A stretch of DNA of 32,000 nucleotides from Corynebacterium glutamicum ATCC 13032 (GCF_000011325.1 NC_003450.3:1770001-1802000); one strand, 5' to 3'; positions 16,904 to 26,184 are shown, counted from the stretch's first letter. A program made the numbers and translations. The notes: generated by a model not told the origin, from the sequence alone.

Positions 16904-18829
16904 CTACTTACTGGAACTAATGACGGAGCCGCCACCAAGACCGAACAGATTAAACAGCGGGAGAAGCAAATCAAGCAGCTTGGACAGCCAGTTTGTCGGC
17001 GTTGGCTTCGTGGTGATCTGTGAACCGTCCTCGTAGGTAATGGTCACTGAGCCGTTGTCGTTGGTAACTCGGGACACCTCTACCAGACCTTTACCGTCTG
17101 ACCCGTCTACGCCATCTGTGCCATTGACTCCATCTTTGCCGTCCTTACCGTCTGACCCATCAACACCGTTGCGCACAGTGAACTCAGTACCGTCAGAAAG
17201 AACATAGGTGATGTTGCCGTCCTCATCAGGGGTAGCAGATTCCAGCGTTAGGCCAGTACCATCAAGCCCGTCAAGACCATCTTTGCCGTCTTGACCAGCA
17301 TCAAGAGTAAACGTAGTGCCATCGGACAAGGTGACAGTCACCGTGCCGTCAGCATTGTCAACAACATCAATGGCGACAACACCGTCTCGGCCGTCTGAGC
17401 CATCAGACCCATCGTCACCGTCCTTGCCGTCATCAACAGAGGGGAGGTTGCCATCGCCATCGGTGATGTTGGGGCCAAACAAGCCATCACCGGAAAGCAG
17501 ATCGTCTGCGTGGCGATGTTTGTAGAGCTCACCCTCAGTGAAATAGTTATCCCTAGTGAACGCCCCCGCTGGTTCACCAACAGAACCTTGCACCTTATGT
17601 TCGAAGGTTTTACCAGGGCTAAATGGCTCTAGTGCTTCAATACCAGTCCAACTAAAGGAAATATCCGAAGGAATATTCTTAAACGTCGCTGTTGCTGTGG
17701 TCTTATCCGCTGAATACACAACGGTTGGTTCCCACGCAGCTACGTCGTACTCGGGAAATGCGGCAACAAATTCGTCATATTCAAATGAATTTTTGTAAGA
17801 ATAGCTGATCCTCGTCGATGTTTCCTCTACCCGAGGAACTTCCGAGAAAACGTCGAAATCCTCAAATCCACCTCCGGAACGTTCGCGTAAAGTGGCTCCG
17901 TCTGCGGCTGTGAAATTAAGTATCACGTCGCGTGTGGTGGGTGTGGTATTGACAAGCGCACCCCGGAATCCAGCACCGTTGTTATTGCTAATGACAACAT
18001 TGGCGTGCCCGACCACGACGCCAAGTGGAGCTGCGTATGCTAATGCGCCCATATCAACAGCTGGTGGTTGATTAATCTTCCAGTCTTGTTCACTTCGGAA
18101 ATGCGACACGGTCTGCGTAGACTTAACCCACGTGTGCTGGACAGTACTGATAATCCACGGGTGTCCAGCAACGCCGTAGCGGACTACCTTGTTCTCAACC
18201 TGACCCTCAGTCTTACCCACAGTCCAGTCTTGAATTGGTCGCTCACCCGTCTGCTGGGCGCTACTCACCCACCCGTACAGTTCCATATCAAGAGCTGCGG
18301 TGCGAGAAGTAGTGCCAGCATCCGAACTAAAGTTTGTCAACGTACCGCGCGTACCACCGTTGCTCACCAAAAGATCTGCGACACGAATACCTGCATCATT
18401 GCGTACAGGGACGGTGCGATCGTTTGAATTGAAAAACCGAAGTCCATCGCCGGTGAGATTAAAGACGTACTCATCCTCGGCAGTTGCTGAATCCGGGATC
18501 GAAAACTCCATCTGCAATCGCAGTTCACCCTTGGTGATGTCTCCTAGAAGCTCTTCACGCTTGTCGTTGTCACTGATACCCAGCTCAACCGGGTCAGAAA
18601 ATGACAGCCCGTTCAACGTATAAGAAACACTGGTCACAATACTGTCCGGCAACGTCGCAGCAGACGCAGTTGCCATACCAAACTGTGCCACATGATCAGA
18701 TGTCGCCACTGCCACACCGCCAATCGCCACAGTGGTGGCGAGCGCCAACGCAATAGGACGAGCAATCCGAGATCCCAGTACAAACTGAGGACGAACCCCT
18801 ACCTCTCGACCCTGTTTATTAAAAGTCAT
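16904..18829 (-). CDS. secreted protein with a large N-terminal globular region and C-terminal collagen-like repeats (641 aa)
   Basis: GAAGGTGG RBS and signal/anchor ARPIALALATTVAIGGVAVA. About 440 aa are non-repetitive. These are followed by DGKDGDDGSDG plus VTVTLSDGTTFTLDAG-type units and a hydrophobic tail LLDLLLPLFNLFGLGGG. Confidence 0.85.
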   Translation of the reverse strand: MTFNKQGREVGVRPQFVLGSRIARPIALALATTVAIGGVAVATSDHVAQFGMATASAATLPDSIVTSVSYTLNGLSFSDPVELGISDNDKREELLGDITKGELRLQMEFSIPDSATAEDEYVFNLTGDGLRFFNSNDRTVPVRNDAGIRVADLLVSNGGTRGTLTNFSSDAGTTSRTAALDMELYGWVSSAQQTGERPIQDWTVGKTEGQVENKVVRYGVAGHPWIISTVQHTWVKSTQTVSHFRSEQDWKINQPPAVDMGALAYAAPLGVVVGHANVVISNNNGAGFRGALVNTTPTTRDVILNFTAADGATLRERSGGGFEDFDVFSEVPRVEETSTRISYSYKNSFEYDEFVAAFPEYDVAAWEPTVVYSADKTTATATFKNIPSDISFSWTGIEALEPFSPGKTFEHKVQGSVGEPAGAFTRDNYFTEGELYKHRHADDLLSGDGLFGPNITDGDGNLPSVDDGKDGDDGSDGSDGRDGVVAIDVVDNADGTVTVTLSDGTTFTLDAGQDGKDGLDGLDGTGLTLESATPDEDGNITYVLSDGTEFTVRNGVDGSDGKDGKDGVNGTDGVDGSDGKGLVEVSRVTNDNGSVTITYEDGSQITTKPTPTNWLSKLLDLLLPLFNLFGLGGGSVISSSK

Positions 18830-19004
18830 AAAAAACCACCTTCATAAATGTAGTTAATTTACTGTAATGAAACTAAAGAACGTTTCATAGTAATTAACAT
18901 AACACATGTATGAAATAATTGTGAATACTAAAGTTAATAGTTTCTTTATTACTATTATTAACATAATGGCCCCAGGGAAGGTGCTGGTCATACCGCCAAA
19001 AGAG

Positions 19005-19031
19005 CACCGCAGCACAGCTGCGGTCGGACAC
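19005..19031 (+). promoter_or_regulatory. recurrent intergenic dyad motif, copy E
   Basis: caCCGCAGCacaGCTGCGGtcggacac contains a perfect 7-bp dyad. It lies 49 nt upstream of ATG 19080. Confidence 0.5.
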
Positions 19032-19079
19032 TAGTGCGCAGTACTACCTCTTACCCACCCCATATATAAGGAGTAAAAA

Positions 19080-19565
19080 ATGACTGCTCTACCCTGCCCA
19101 CCAACACAGAAGCTGCTCTATGCACAGATGCGTGAAATTGCAGCCGAACTTACAGCCTGTGACGCTACTCGCGGACTCCATGCCGAAGTGGCTGCCGAAT
19201 GGCTTAGTGACGCCATAACCGGCGAACCCACCTCTATCGAGATTGACCCCCACCGCAACCTGTTCTACGCACTTAATGTTGAGCACCCGCGACTCCATGA
19301 ACTCTTTGCCGGTTACGCTACACGCCTTGATGAACTCGACCGCGCACCGCAGCAGTGTGAGTCGCGTCAATATTTTCTTGATTATGTCTGTGCTGACAAC
19401 CCTTTTGGCTCAGACAAACCAGAGGGCATTATCGTGCTGCTCGCTGATCACGTGCTGGCAGCAGATCCAGTGACAAACAAGCCGGCACTCAAATCAGAGG
19501 CATTCCCTACTGTCACAGACTATTGCCGCACTCACTCTGCTAAACCAACAGACATTCTCATTTAA
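19080..19565 (+). CDS. hypothetical prophage protein (161 aa)
   Basis: Strong RBS ATAAGGAG 8 nt before the ATG. First gene of a three-gene plus-strand set. Confidence 0.65.
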   Translation: MTALPCPPTQKLLYAQMREIAAELTACDATRGLHAEVAAEWLSDAITGEPTSIEIDPHRNLFYALNVEHPRLHELFAGYATRLDELDRAPQQCESRQYFLDYVCADNPFGSDKPEGIIVLLADHVLAADPVTNKPALKSEAFPTVTDYCRTHSAKPTDILI

Positions 19566-19579
19566 GGATTTTAGTCACC

Positions 19580-19771
19580 ATGACGAAACACGACCATACT
19601 TACACAACCCCTGCAGAGCACTCAGATCCAGCTGATCAGCGCATTTTTCCGCTCGCTGAATCAGACATAGAAAAATTCGACATGCAGCTCGATCAGCCTG
19701 TCAACACCAAAGAGATGCAGGCTTTTCCGCACGCCCCCACCATCTTTGGCACTGAGATTGTGTTCGATTAA
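19580..19771 (+). CDS. hypothetical small protein (63 aa)
   Basis: AAGGA RBS. Lies 14 nt after the preceding stop. Confidence 0.5.
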   Translation: MTKHDHTYTTPAEHSDPADQRIFPLAESDIEKFDMQLDQPVNTKEMQAFPHAPTIFGTEIVFD

Positions 19772-19832
19772 CTACCACTGCTGCACACACACATACAACA
19801 CCTCTCACACACAAACAAGAAAGGGTCACCCC

Positions 19833-20060
19833 ATGACCACCGTTCAAGTATCCACCCGCACTGTGCGCGAACACCGTTTTACTGTGCCAGTGGACTACGC
19901 TGTCGGCGCCACCATTTCAGAAATCTATGCTGCCTGTGCCATGGCCGAAAAGAAAGCCAACAACCTTGGGCTTAACACTACTAAGGACGATTGGGCACGA
20001 GTCACTGTCACTGATAATGCTGTTGTGTTCATTGTCGAGAATGTTATCGGGAATACTTAG
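19833..20060 (+). CDS. hypothetical small protein (75 aa)
   Basis: ATG 19833 preceded by aagaaaggg. The ORF-track start at 19746 lacks an RBS. Confidence 0.5.
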   Translation: MTTVQVSTRTVREHRFTVPVDYAVGATISEIYAACAMAEKKANNLGLNTTKDDWARVTVTDNAVVFIVENVIGNT

Positions 20061-20293
20061 AATTGTGTGCTCCTTAACGGCTCACTGCGACCCAACCAGC
20101 CTTAATTAAGACACCTCTACAACTGTTAGCAGGGTCTTTCCCTATGTAGCGCACCCACAGTAGCTACCCTTATACCGATACACGCCAATCCAAGAATCGA
20201 GATCAATCTGCTGGCCTCATCGCTTGTACATCCACCGTACGGGCTGTGCAATGCCTCACCGTCACTAAAAAGGTGGGTGTCAGGACAAAAGCC

Positions 20294-20337
20294 AAAACCC
20301 TTAACCTGATATAGGTATAACAGGTTAAGGGTTTTTA
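20294..20337. terminator. bidirectional rho-independent terminator
   Basis: 15-bp arms aaaacccttaacctg / caggttaagggtttt. A-run and T-run flanks serve both convergent units. Confidence 0.7.
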
Positions 20338-20457
20338 CGCAGATGAGAACTGTTAGAAAATCACTTGTACAAATTCTTTCAGATCAGCTCAGCGCTGATT
20401 AGAGGGGAAAAGGGCAGATAATGGACGAGGTAGTGTTTTTTCACTAACCATGCGAAC

Positions 20458-20889
20458 TCAATTACCCACTACAGATAATCCTTCAGTGCCACCGGTGCCA
20501 AAAACCCCGAAAATCTCCAGCGATTCATCTTCATCATTTTTCTTTGAGATGTACGACGTCCACTCTCCACCGGCCTCCCTCACCAGGAGTTCGCCGATAA
20601 GCAAAGCCACATTATTGAGCTCTTGCTCATCGTCGGTGGGGAAAGTGTCACGCTCAATGAGATCTACGATACTCTGCAGTGAAAGATCATCACCGACATC
20701 ACCAGCGGACTCGTTGTGCTTTTCCCACTGTTCAAAGGCACGGCTAGCCGCTTTCTTTACATCAACGAGAGACACCGTTCCTGCTTCAACAGGATAGAGC
20801 ACCGAAGGTGTTTGATCATCGAATGAAGGATTATACAACTTGAATAGCCGTACCTGGCTCAAAACCTGAAGGGGCTGCCTCGGCTGCAT
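20458..20889 (-). CDS. hypothetical protein, probably the frameshifted body of a secreted protein
   Basis: 143-aa ORF with no convincing RBS at 20889. A 41-aa ORF (20831-20956) with RBS GAAAGG and a signal peptide lies upstream in another frame (see findings). Confidence 0.45.
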   Translation of the reverse strand: MQPRQPLQVLSQVRLFKLYNPSFDDQTPSVLYPVEAGTVSLVDVKKAASRAFEQWEKHNESAGDVGDDLSLQSIVDLIERDTFPTDDEQELNNVALLIGELLVREAGGEWTSYISKKNDEDESLEIFGVFGTGGTEGLSVVGN

Positions 20890-21213
20890 TGCTAGGTGCT
20901 GCGATACCTACGAAAACACATGTCAAAGCTGCACCTGCAGCCAGTCTCTTAATCATCCCTAACCTTTCTGTCGTATGTATGGGACTGCGTTCGACTTTAC
21001 GTATGGTGCATGTATTTTAATAGCACTGTCAGAAATATCTATCGGAATATTTAAATCAGGTGCCACACTGTTTTACCCAATCCCTTCCGTGAGGAATTGT
21101 GACGAGGAGTAAACCCCACGTTGAGGTCGATTTATTCAACAGCTTAAAAAACTGATCTCCGCATTGGTGCTCTCATACATGCCCTCACTCAGGGTCAACT
21201 GCCACCAGCTCCT

Positions 21214-21417
21214 CTAGAGCAAACTCACACCAAACTCAGCATGAATAACGCTATGACATTGCGTGCGGGTCCACGTGCGGTGACCCTCAACCATCCCTGA
21301 TTCCCGGCCCGGTAGGAATGCACTGGCCAGAGTAGTACCCGCACCAATTGTCCAGGCATGCCCATTGGGACAACACTCAGGATGACGCTCCACCCACTCC
21401 TCGATATTGGAATGCAT
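21214..21417 (-). CDS. hypothetical protein with remnants of a Cys/His zinc-ribbon pattern
   Basis: 67 aa containing CCPNGHAW...GHRTWTRTQC. The start codon sits in the loop of a 10-bp inverted repeat. Weak call. Confidence 0.3.
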   Translation of the reverse strand: MHSNIEEWVERHPECCPNGHAWTIGAGTTLASAFLPGRESGMVEGHRTWTRTQCHSVIHAEFGVSLL

Positions 21418-21841
21418 ATTCCAATATTAGCTTACCCAGGTGACCATGGTGCAACGTTCGTGCTGCATGATTGTTTTTACATTCTATATATATACAATTA
21501 TCGATTTTTAAAGTGATATTACGATTATAAAGAAACTCAATAGTTGCATATGTTGTTATGTTACAAAACATACAAAAGATCGCCTCAGATTCGCTAAGAA
21601 GCTCATCCGCAAGTCATGTCCAGCAGGAAGAATCGCCCATGACTAACATAACCATCATCTCCATCGTTAATCCACACCGAGCGTAGTAAGAAAATCTAAG
21701 TACTGTTAGGCTGAGGTTGGCCTCTTGATTAACCTCGCCTATGCCACATACCAATAAGTGACATCGGCTAAAACTAATAATTTTCGAAACTTCATGGTCG
21801 ATTTCGATGGGTTAATACATGAACCTCAGATAGGATTCTAA

Positions 21842-22441
21842 ATGCTTTCAATTTGCGCAAAAATTGGATATTCGACGACAATTGCAGAAGTGGAAATGAA
21901 CTTCCGAAAGGGACAAACATATGGTATTTGCGGTGAAAACGGATCTGGAAAATCGACACTTCTTCGCACCCTGTGCGGGGAAATCCATCCAATTGACGGG
22001 TATGCAACTATAGATGACCAAAGTGTCACCGAACCAAGTTCTATCGGTAAAATTATAAAGATTTCTACCCCCGAATTCTATCCCGATATTTCAATTGGAG
22101 AGCACTTTAAGATACTGACTAAAACCACAAAGGTGGACTATGATGACGCCATTAAACGCTGGAATCTGGAAAAACTCCTTGAGAAATCACCTAATCGAGT
22201 ATCGAGCGGGCAGCAACAACGCAGCTTTCTAGCTTTACAATTGGGGGTGAAATGCGATGTGATTGTCTTGGATGAGCCGGAGAGGCATTTAGATTCTTTC
22301 TGGATAAGAATCCTATCGGAGGAACTGAAAGACCGAGCCAAAAGTGGTACGACTGTGATTTTAGCCAGTCATTCACAAGAGATTCTTAAAGTTTGTGACG
22401 AGGTAATCTCACTCGAAAGATATTTAAATGCAAATAAATAA
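21842..22441 (+). CDS. ABC transporter ATP-binding protein
   Basis: Walker A GENGSGKST, signature VSSGQQQR, Walker B VIVLDEP and H-loop ASHS. Confidence 0.9.
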   Translation: MLSICAKIGYSTTIAEVEMNFRKGQTYGICGENGSGKSTLLRTLCGEIHPIDGYATIDDQSVTEPSSIGKIIKISTPEFYPDISIGEHFKILTKTTKVDYDDAIKRWNLEKLLEKSPNRVSSGQQQRSFLALQLGVKCDVIVLDEPERHLDSFWIRILSEELKDRAKSGTTVILASHSQEILKVCDEVISLERYLNANK

Positions 22442-23429
22442 AGTGATCAAATTTGCAATACTGTTGGCTGTTGTCTTAGGTATTTCGTTTTCAACGGTGT
22501 CGTGGGTTTTTGATCAATACAAATTGAATGCAAATGATTACTCCCCGATATCTTCATTTGTCTGGAATCTGATATTCATCATAGGTTTATCGACTCTAGT
22601 AGAAAAATTTCTACCGCTCCTATCAATCTCAAAACTAGAGTGGATATATCATGTGAGACCCTTAGGCCAATTGTCTTTTGGTCGGTTTAGCCCAATCTTG
22701 CAACTGAGTGTATTCGCTCTCTTTGGACTTCTTGTTGGTGCTGCGAATGGGCATTTTTGGATATGGCTCATGATCAGCCTCTTAGCTAGACTAGTCACAG
22801 GCCTTTTTAAGAGAAAATCAATTCCAAATCTTCTTTCTGCAGGTAGAAGAAAAATTTTGTCGGAAGCCAGCCTTAACGTTTTGGATTCTGCACTAGTCGC
22901 AGATAGCACAACAGTCGCTCATCTAAAATGGATAGACCGACCCCCCACCGGAAACTACCTCATACTCACTTTTAGAAGATTTTTAAGAAGACCCCATATC
23001 GCTTTGACAATGCTAGTGGTCATCTCTTTCACATTCTCTTTTTCCAATGTTTTTGGAAATTTTACCCCTTGCTTATTTTTCCTACTGTGGTCCATTTTAG
23101 GTGCCGATGTGGCGCGGTGCGCAGACTTCTCTAAGCTAAAAGGACCAAACCACCTTAAAGTCGTGACTCTTATTGTGCATGGGTTATTCGCGCTAGCGAT
23201 CATGCTAATAATCACAGGGACAATCCAAATGCTGCCCTACGGGATTTTAATACTGCCAAGCATTCTTTGGACAGGAATAGTCAGAAGTCGAGCGAGGAGA
23301 GTAGATCAAATCACCTATATAGACAGCGGCGTTATAGGCCCAATTTCCCCAGAAATCATCAAGTTCTATTTATCAGGTTTACTACCGACTGTAGTAGTGT
23401 CAATTATTATTGTTTCCCTACTAAATTAA
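22428..23429 (+). CDS. polytopic membrane protein, putative permease/immunity partner of the ABC ATPase
   Basis: Overlaps the ATPase gene by 14 nt. The translation shows at least 6 hydrophobic helices. Confidence 0.75.
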   Translation: MQINKVIKFAILLAVVLGISFSTVSWVFDQYKLNANDYSPISSFVWNLIFIIGLSTLVEKFLPLLSISKLEWIYHVRPLGQLSFGRFSPILQLSVFALFGLLVGAANGHFWIWLMISLLARLVTGLFKRKSIPNLLSAGRRKILSEASLNVLDSALVADSTTVAHLKWIDRPPTGNYLILTFRRFLRRPHIALTMLVVISFTFSFSNVFGNFTPCLFFLLWSILGADVARCADFSKLKGPNHLKVVTLIVHGLFALAIMLIITGTIQMLPYGILILPSILWTGIVRSRARRVDQITYIDSGVIGPISPEIIKFYLSGLLPTVVVSIIIVSLLN

Positions 23430-23547
23430 CCCCTAAAGGGGTAATCCACTACCAGTAATTTCTACTTTCAAATACAAATCCTTTGAGCCATGTTAATTTG
23501 ATGATGCCAATACATGGCAACCCCAACTCAAGACAGGAAAACCAAAA

Positions 23548-23703
23548 ATGGTTAATATCAATCGATACACATCTACTAACTCCATTGCATCAGACGCTGG
23601 GAAACCAGCAGACGGTCGCACCACACCAACTACTGTTTCTTCTGTAATTTGCACTGAAACTATCGCCTACACTGTCACTGCTACCATCACAATCGGTTGC
23701 TAG
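23548..23703 (+). CDS. RiPP precursor peptide (51 aa)
   Basis: Not in the ORF track. AGGAAA lies 7 nt before ATG 23548 and the gene ends in a double stop TAGTAG. Peptide: MVNINRYTSTNSIASDAGKPADGRTTPTTVSSVICTETIAYTVTATITIGC. The last 27 aa hold 10 Thr, 2 Ser and 2 Cys, and the final residue is Cys. It sits 10 nt upstream of the kinase gene. Confidence 0.7.
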   Translation: MVNINRYTSTNSIASDAGKPADGRTTPTTVSSVICTETIAYTVTATITIGC

Positions 23704-23713
23704 TAGGCTACAA

Positions 23714-24823
23714 ATGAACCGCCCCCTTCAAAGTCAAAATTTTTCAATAACCAGCGAATGGGCAAATGCCACGTTCAACGATATCGAAGACTCTTTGGAG
23801 GGGTCTTTTGACATCGAACCAGGCCAATACATTGGACGCGGAGAATACTTCGTAGCTACTTCTGGAACGGGTTCCAAAAAGTTTATCAAGGTGGTTTTGG
23901 GTGACGGTATCGATAGCGAACTAAATCGTCGCATCGAAGGTGAAATTCTTGCAAGTAGTCTCCATCTTCCATCCACAGACCTAATCTCTCCTGTCGTAAT
24001 TCAGTATGTGAAAGAGTCTTCTAATTTTCCCGGTGACTTCTACATCGTGTCCGACTTCAAAGACGACACAGAAACTTTAGAGCTATCTAAGGCTTCTCTA
24101 CCCCTCACTGACTTAGCCAAGATCGGAGCGTTTCTCTTTCGTTTGGAATCTGTAACAGTTCCCCCTCAAAATCCTGCAAGGCGAGCAATGGATGTTTTGG
24201 ATGGACTTTCTCTTCTTGCAAATAAAGGCAACATTGAAACAGGCGCACAATTAACAAAAGGAACTATACAAGCTCTTGAAATCATTAATCAAGAAGCGAC
24301 CAACATCGAGAATGCACTTGAAAAAGTAACTAAAGTAGGATCACGGAAGTTTTTCTCGCATGGAGATCTTAAATTTTCTCAGTTCTTAATTAATGGTGAA
24401 ACCGGAAAGATTTTCCTATGTGACTGGGAAGAATGCGGTAGTGCACATTTCGCAAATGACCTATGTTTTCTCGCAGGTGATTTGTTCTATAGCACAATTC
24501 GGGAACTGGTGGATACCAACATCAAAAACATTAAAGGCTCCTCGATCATTCAGGAAGCCTACGATAATGCAACGCTTGAGGCTGTATCAAAAGTAAATGC
24601 AATATTAACTGGCTATTCCTCAGAGAGGGGTTACTCTCTCACCTCGGACGAAAAACGAATCATTAGTATCAGAATCGGATTGGCTGGTCTATTTCGACTT
24701 TACACTGTGAGCGCTAAATCTAATGAGTTACGCCCGCGCGAATTAGCCTTAGCCTCCATCGGAATGCAAATTACTTTAGGTCAAGCACCCAATCTGGTGT
24801 TTACAGATAGCAAGGTGGTTTAA
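23714..24823 (+). CDS. APH/choline-kinase-fold phosphotransferase (Ser/Thr-peptide kinase candidate)
   Basis: Gly-rich loop plus Lys in IGRGEYFVATSGTGSKKFIKV. Catalytic loop FSHGDLKFSQFLIN and metal-binding CDWEECG. Confidence 0.8.
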   Translation: MNRPLQSQNFSITSEWANATFNDIEDSLEGSFDIEPGQYIGRGEYFVATSGTGSKKFIKVVLGDGIDSELNRRIEGEILASSLHLPSTDLISPVVIQYVKESSNFPGDFYIVSDFKDDTETLELSKASLPLTDLAKIGAFLFRLESVTVPPQNPARRAMDVLDGLSLLANKGNIETGAQLTKGTIQALEIINQEATNIENALEKVTKVGSRKFFSHGDLKFSQFLINGETGKIFLCDWEECGSAHFANDLCFLAGDLFYSTIRELVDTNIKNIKGSSIIQEAYDNATLEAVSKVNAILTGYSSERGYSLTSDEKRIISIRIGLAGLFRLYTVSAKSNELRPRELALASIGMQITLGQAPNLVFTDSKVV

Positions 24824-25624
24824 GTGAGGAATTTGCACGAAACGATAGACAAGATCAAAAACTCAATGGTCTTTTTAAATGATCAAACCTTTACGATACC
24901 ACCGTATACAGGGCATCCAGAAACAGAAAACGTCCATGTAACTTCGCTGGAAGCCAATTCGGTACTGGCTAGTTATATTTATTCTCAATATCATGCCCGA
25001 GCAACAGAAGTAATTCCTCTTACAACCAAGCTTGACATAGTTCGCTTTCTCAGAGCTGATCCATATCTCATGGGCCTTTCGGGAGATCCGAATCAAGAAC
25101 AAGCGATACCGAAAATGTCATTAGTCCGATCGCCTGGATTCGTCCACAGTTTTGGAAATCGTAAGTGGGTTCAACCAAAAAAATCAATAGGCAGAATTTA
25201 CATGTCCGCGAAAAACGCGGTAGAGCGAACCGAAATATTTTTAGCTACTTTACAAATCGCTGAGAATAGCAATCTAATATTTCAGGGGAAAACTAGTTGG
25301 AACACATCCCTCCTGCGGACTGATGATATTGTATTCTACTTTCCGTTGGAATCTCATTTCTCGGAAGCACAAAGGCTGATCAAAAAATTTTTACCCTTTC
25401 GATCAGATGACGGCTTAGTTGAATCATTCTTTACTTCCTATTTGGCACCAGGTGTGAGTAAAGCTGTTGAAGTCCCAACTGCTAAGAACAATGGGCTCAG
25501 TTTTGGTATGGAATGGTCCACCATTTGCGCCCAACTAATAATCGAAGAATTTTCAGGAAAATCCGTCACGATCGCAGAAAAACTATCCGAATGGGGTATT
25601 CCTCAGAAGGAGGCCCACGCATAA
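24824..25624 (+). CDS. HopA1-like phospho-Ser/Thr lyase candidate
   Basis: GTG start directly after the kinase stop. The segment GRIYMSAKNAVERTEIFLATLQ...FQGKT...LRTDDIVFYFP matches my recollection of the R-x-Y-x-N / K / R-x-D-x-x-V-x-Y pattern of HopA1-family proteins. This needs HMM confirmation. Confidence 0.55.
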   Translation: MRNLHETIDKIKNSMVFLNDQTFTIPPYTGHPETENVHVTSLEANSVLASYIYSQYHARATEVIPLTTKLDIVRFLRADPYLMGLSGDPNQEQAIPKMSLVRSPGFVHSFGNRKWVQPKKSIGRIYMSAKNAVERTEIFLATLQIAENSNLIFQGKTSWNTSLLRTDDIVFYFPLESHFSEAQRLIKKFLPFRSDDGLVESFFTSYLAPGVSKAVEVPTAKNNGLSFGMEWSTICAQLIIEEFSGKSVTIAEKLSEWGIPQKEAHA

Positions 25625-26184
25625 TGACCAAAGTTACGAATGTGTCTTGGTTAGTAACAGGTTCAATGTCGGCCCTATCAATACCGGGTCTAATTTTCTC
25701 ACTTCGCTCATCACATCCTAACCTTAATTTCACTCCCTATCTAACACAAAGCGCAAGTCGAATCGTCACTATGACCAGTATGGCCACGCTAAGTGGAGTG
25801 ACTCCTAGAAATAGTGACTGGGGGTCAGAACCAGAGGCTACACCCAGCCACATTCAAATCGAATCAGAGTCAGATGCATATCTGATTGCCCCAGCGACCC
25901 TTGATTTTCTAGCTCGCTTTGCGCGTTATGATTGTTCGACCCCTTTCTCCCTTGCTCTTCAATGTACGAAAAAGCCAATTCTCGTAGCACCGTCCTTGCC
26001 GCCTGGGGGGAAAGATTCAATAGCATATAAGTCACTAAGCATGGACCTCTTAAAGTGGGAGAATTTACGGTTATTGAGTCCTATCGAAACTAAAAGTGCT
26101 TCTTCCCCAAACGCATCGTCATCCGGCTTCGGATCTGCCACACGATTAATCGAATTCATGTTAGAAAACCTACAGGGTACTTAG
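25624..26184 (+). CDS. HFCD-family flavoprotein, EpiD/LanD-type peptidyl-cysteine decarboxylase
   Basis: The ATG overlaps the previous stop (TAATG). VSWLVTGSMSA (compare the EpiD N-terminal FMN loop), PYLTQSASRIV, the active-site His context PSHIQIE, and AYLIAPATLDFLARFA (compare ILVLPASANTINKIA). The PxMNxxMW motif is divergent (VAPSLPPGG). Confidence 0.8.
   Translation: MTKVTNVSWLVTGSMSALSIPGLIFSLRSSHPNLNFTPYLTQSASRIVTMTSMATLSGVTPRNSDWGSEPEATPSHIQIESESDAYLIAPATLDFLARFARYDCSTPFSLALQCTKKPILVAPSLPPGGKDSIAYKSLSMDLLKWENLRLLSPIETKSASSPNASSSGFGSATRLIEFMLENLQGT

Noticed and set aside
21430-21840. Promoter of the RiPP/ABC operon
   Set aside because: The region is AT-rich enough to yield many -10/-35 look-alikes, and none stood out by spacing. 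I therefore report no specific promoter.
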